From assembly GCA_052279835.1 (NCBI GenBank), contig CP181291.1:5152001-5216000 (forward strand): DNA of 64,000 nt, given 5' to 3'. Made by a program: the position numbers and the translations under genes. Each line of letters begins with the position of its first letter. Within the stretch, counting starts at the first letter, position 1. Positions 60,632-64,000 of the stretch are shown one piece after another. The DNA is from Microcoleus sp. (GTDB taxonomy: Bacteria; Cyanobacteriota; Cyanobacteriia; Cyanobacteriales; Microcoleaceae). Below the pieces are notes generated by a model. It saw only the letters and a program-made list of their open reading frames with translations. It did no database searches and was not told where the DNA came from.

Positions 60632-62276
60632 CTAGGGGCTGTCGGTTTCCTCCGAGGGGGAGAGTTCCGACTCTGGTATCGATTTAAACACGGGACAGTA
60701 GCCATCGGGAGTGACTTTGAATCCAAACAAAGGAGATAATTGACTCCAACAGCGCTGGCCGCGGTAGTGCTGGCAGTTGGCACAGCATTCGATGTTGATG
60801 ATGCGAGTTCGATCGCTCCCTTGAAACAGCAGTTCCCGTTGAGAAATCCCCCGCAGCACAAGTTCCTCCCCTTGCCATCGGGCTTCTACCAAACCGGTAT
60901 CGGCAAAATTGACCCAGCGGGGATCGTCTGTAATCTGGTGTGGCAAATTAATCGCTACTTCCGTCCCCAAGTCACTGAGTTCTCCCTCATAATTAGTTTC
61001 CGGGATGGCCGGTTGCAAAAACATTTCGCCCAGGGGCAGATCTACAATAGTTCCGGTGGCAGGAGTGTGCAACTGGTAGCGGTTTCGCAACTCGTCCAAA
61101 TTAGCCAAATCCGCCAAATAGGCGGGGGAACCGTGGATCAAAATTACGTGCTGCGGGCGTAAGTTGTGAATTAGCTGGGTAGTTCCGGGGTCCGTCACAG
61201 TGTTCGGCTAACAAGTAAGTTTCGATCAGTCGGACTCCTGATTCCTGTCTGTCACCAACAGATTCTCTGACAGGATATCCGGGTTTTTGAGGTAGAAGTA
61301 CAATCCAAGGATGGGTGCGATCGGCAACGTACAAATTCCAATCAGCAGTTTCATCAGTAATCACAATACAGGGGCCTTGACCCAAAAATGGCTGCTGTTT
61401 GGGATCTCTTCGGCGCACGCGGGGTTTGACCCTTTCATCCCAAAATAAAGGTTGATGCAGAGCAAAATTTTGGACTGCTGTGGGAAATTGAGGTAGCAAT
61501 TCCAAATAAGCGTCGCAGCCGTCAGCCACCGCACCATCTACCCAAATATCTAAGTCGCGACCGGTAAAATAGTGGTGGCTGCGGAGTAGCATTAGGAGTT
61601 CTTGGCCCAAACCCAGTGCTGGCGTGGGCAACAGTACGGAATAGCCGTCGGCGATCGCGCGATGAATCCGTTCTGCTAACTGATTTTCCAGTTGTCGGCG
61701 GTGAGGGTGACGGGCAGTACCGTAACTACCTTCCAAAATTAGCACATCGGGTTTGAGTCCCCGGAGTTCTCCCAGGGGCAACCCTTCCACCAAACGAGAA
61801 TTGGACAGAAAAAAATCACCGGTGTAAACGAGGGTGTAGGTGCGGTGGGGGGCAGCATAGGTGAGGATGGCAGTGGCCGCTCCGGGCAAATGGCCCGACG
61901 GGAATAACTGGACGGTGAGTCCCCGGCGCAGTTCCACGGGGGACTGCCAAGGCAGTGGCTGACAGAAATGCAAATCTGATGACTGGGCCTGTTGTAACCA
62001 GTTCAGGGGTAGCAGTTGGGTTGTCACTTCGCTGGCATAGATGGGTAACTGGGGGAAAGATTGGTGAAGTGCTAGTAAACCTCTGGCGTGGTCGGCATGG
62101 GCATGGGTACATATCACTAAATCGGCGGGATCTGGCCGATCGAGGTCTGCTGACAGCAGTGGGATATTTTCGACACCACAGTCAAGTAAAATCCGGTGCG
62201 GTCCCATTCGCACTAACAGACAGACGCCTTCATTACCATGACCTGCGCCGTAAGGTAAACAATCGAGTTCCATCAT
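60632..62276 (-). pseudogene. MBL-fold/beta-CASP metallo-hydrolase split by a +1 frameshift near 61188 (pseudogene or sequence error)
   Basis: LLDCG, THAHADH, GHLPGA, YTGDF, EGSYG; EHCDGP continues as GTTQLIHNLRPQHVILIHG in another frame. Confidence 0.8.
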
Positions 62277-62592
62277 TGCGGTGAGCTCCCTGCTTTGCGC
62301 GCAATTTGCCGTATCACCACATTTAAACTCTTGTTACGACTCCATTGAGCGATCGAGTGGAAATGTTTGCGATACAAATTCTGCCCTTAAGATTTGATGC
62401 TACCAAGGAAAGGGATCTTGCGAGTGATACATAATTGGTAGTAAATCAGGATTTATCATAAAACTGGGTTTAAAACCCTGTCACTTCGGCGAAGCTGAAC
62501 TCTTAACCGCAGTTGGGCCAGGGATTTGTATCAGTTTCGCATCTGGCTCTAATGGTGTGGAAAAGTAATAGCAAAAATCTATCGGATAACTC

Positions 62593-63787
62593 ATGGCAAC
62601 AGCTATTCTCGACCTAGAAATTTCTCAACTGCCGCCAGAAATAGCGTTTGAGGAGCGCTACAGCAAAGCGCTGGTGTTAATTCGATTGCACGGAAATCCG
62701 ATCGGTCAAGCAACTTTGCCCGTAGTCGGAGGTCGCATTGGCGGCGATGAATTACGGGAAACACTGACGAAGGCTGTGGGGAAAAACCTTGGAAAAAACT
62801 GGCTTTGGGATGCCTTAGCATGGGACGAACGGGGGCCTGTGCAGCCTGTGCCGATCGCCACCGTAGCGGTTTGCACGCGCGATCGCCCGGAAGATTTGCA
62901 GCGCACTCTTGAAGCATTGATGGGACTGCCCGATGATGGTCAGGAATACTTGGTAATTGACAACTGTCCCACCACGGACGCTACGCAGGAACTGGTCAAA
63001 AATTACCCAAAAGTCCGCTATGTGCGGGAGGATGTACCGGGCTCCAGCGCCGCGCGCAACCGAGCTTTAAGGGAGGCTAAACACGAATTCGTGGTGTTTA
63101 CAGATGACGATGCGACTCCCGATCGGAATTGGTTGCGATCGCTCTTGCGAAATTTCAGTGACTCCAGAGTGATGTGCGTGACGGGGCTAGTGATGCCACT
63201 GGAACTGGAAACAGAAGCCCAAGAATGGTTTGAGCGCTACAGCCCCCACGGGCGGGGATTTGAGCGCCTAGTATTTGATGGGGCCCATAGCAATCCTCTG
63301 GTTGTGCATCTGGTGGGGGTTTCAGCGAGTATGGCTGTGCGTTCAAGTTCCATGGACTTTATCGGGCTGTTTGACGAAGCTTTGGGGGCGGGAACGCCAG
63401 CGGCTAGCGGGGAAGACTGCGAATTTTTTACCCGCATTTTGCGATCGGGCTACTGCATTGTCTACGAGCCCAGGGCCTTGAGTTGGCATCGCCATCGCCG
63501 CACTTGGGAAGAAACTGCGGAATACTCTTGAAGGCTATGGAGTGGGAGTCTATGCTTTTTGGACGCAGATGATTTTGGTGCATCGAGAATTCGGCGTGAT
63601 TCTGTTAGCCTTGTCATGGTTGTGCTACAAACAAATTCCTGAACTAATTGCTTCAGTGCGAAAGCAACCGGATGCTGTTCCTAGTGATTTGCTTTTGGCT
63701 CAATTACGGGGCTGTATTAGTGGACCGATGGCTTATTTTGCTTCTAGGAAGTGGTTGCAAAAGATTAAGGAAGAAATTAGTTGTTAG
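62593..63787 (+). pseudogene. Glycosyltransferase family 2 split by a +1 frameshift near 63513 (pseudogene or sequence error)
   Basis: VCTRDRP, VIDN, FTDDD, GED; removing one A gives RRTWEELRNTLEGYGVGVYAFW, joining the 63542 ORF. Confidence 0.8.
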
Positions 63788-63849
63788 TTGTTAGTTGTTA
63801 GTTGTTGATTATAATAACCGATTTCCGATTCCCAATTCCCAATGTAAAT

Positions 63850-64000
63850 ATGGAAAACATAACAGTTAGTATAGTTCTGATAACTCACAACCGCAGTTAT
63901 TCGCTGCGACGGGCTTTGGATGCTTTGCAATTACAGACTTATCCCTTAGAACTCATCGAAGTTAGAGTGGTTGCAGATAGCTGCATTGACGATACTTTAG
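63850..64000 (+). CDS. Glycosyltransferase family 2, N-terminal part (runs off the window)
   Basis: MENITVSIVLITHNRSYSLRRALDALQLQTYP..EVRVVADSCIDDT. Confidence 0.8.
   Translation, partial: MENITVSIVLITHNRSYSLRRALDALQLQTYPLELIEVRVVADSCIDDTL

Overview
64-kb chromosomal window from a filamentous cyanobacterium, probably Oscillatoriales (Microcoleus/Tychonema-like). The evidence is very frequent HIP1 GCGATCGC sites, heptamer tandem repeats, and the genes ndhN and psb35. The core is the large ribosomal-protein cluster rplC..rplO-secY-adk-infA-rpmJ-rpsM-rpsK-rpoA-rplQ-truA-rplM-rpsI-rpmE-prfA (9.3-28.6 kb). To its left lie a thyX-dut-dCMP deaminase cluster and an apparently intact tnpB-only IS200/IS605 element inserted between ndhN and the rplC promoter. 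Directly after prfA is a ~4.3-kb accessory island, the most interesting part of the window. It encodes a receptor-like membrane protein (TM-extracytoplasmic domain-TM-long internally duplicated coiled coil) ending in an intact-looking HicA RNase toxin domain with no HicB nearby, followed by a secreted protein. This pair is bracketed by a pseudogene fragment and an intact copy of the same small gene, beside two tandem Xre regulators. The rest is housekeeping and accessory genes: GT9, ispD, LysR, cbiO-like, purU, a DICT/degenerate HD-GYP protein, a PlsY-dikinase fusion with in-frame repeat invasions, an RTX-vanadium haloperoxidase, a MacAB-like exporter, fbaA, tRNA-Lys, CapA, and two frameshifted genes near the right end. 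Candidate unannotated structured RNAs sit upstream of rpmJ, prfA and rplC. All calls come from reading the sequence; no searches were run.
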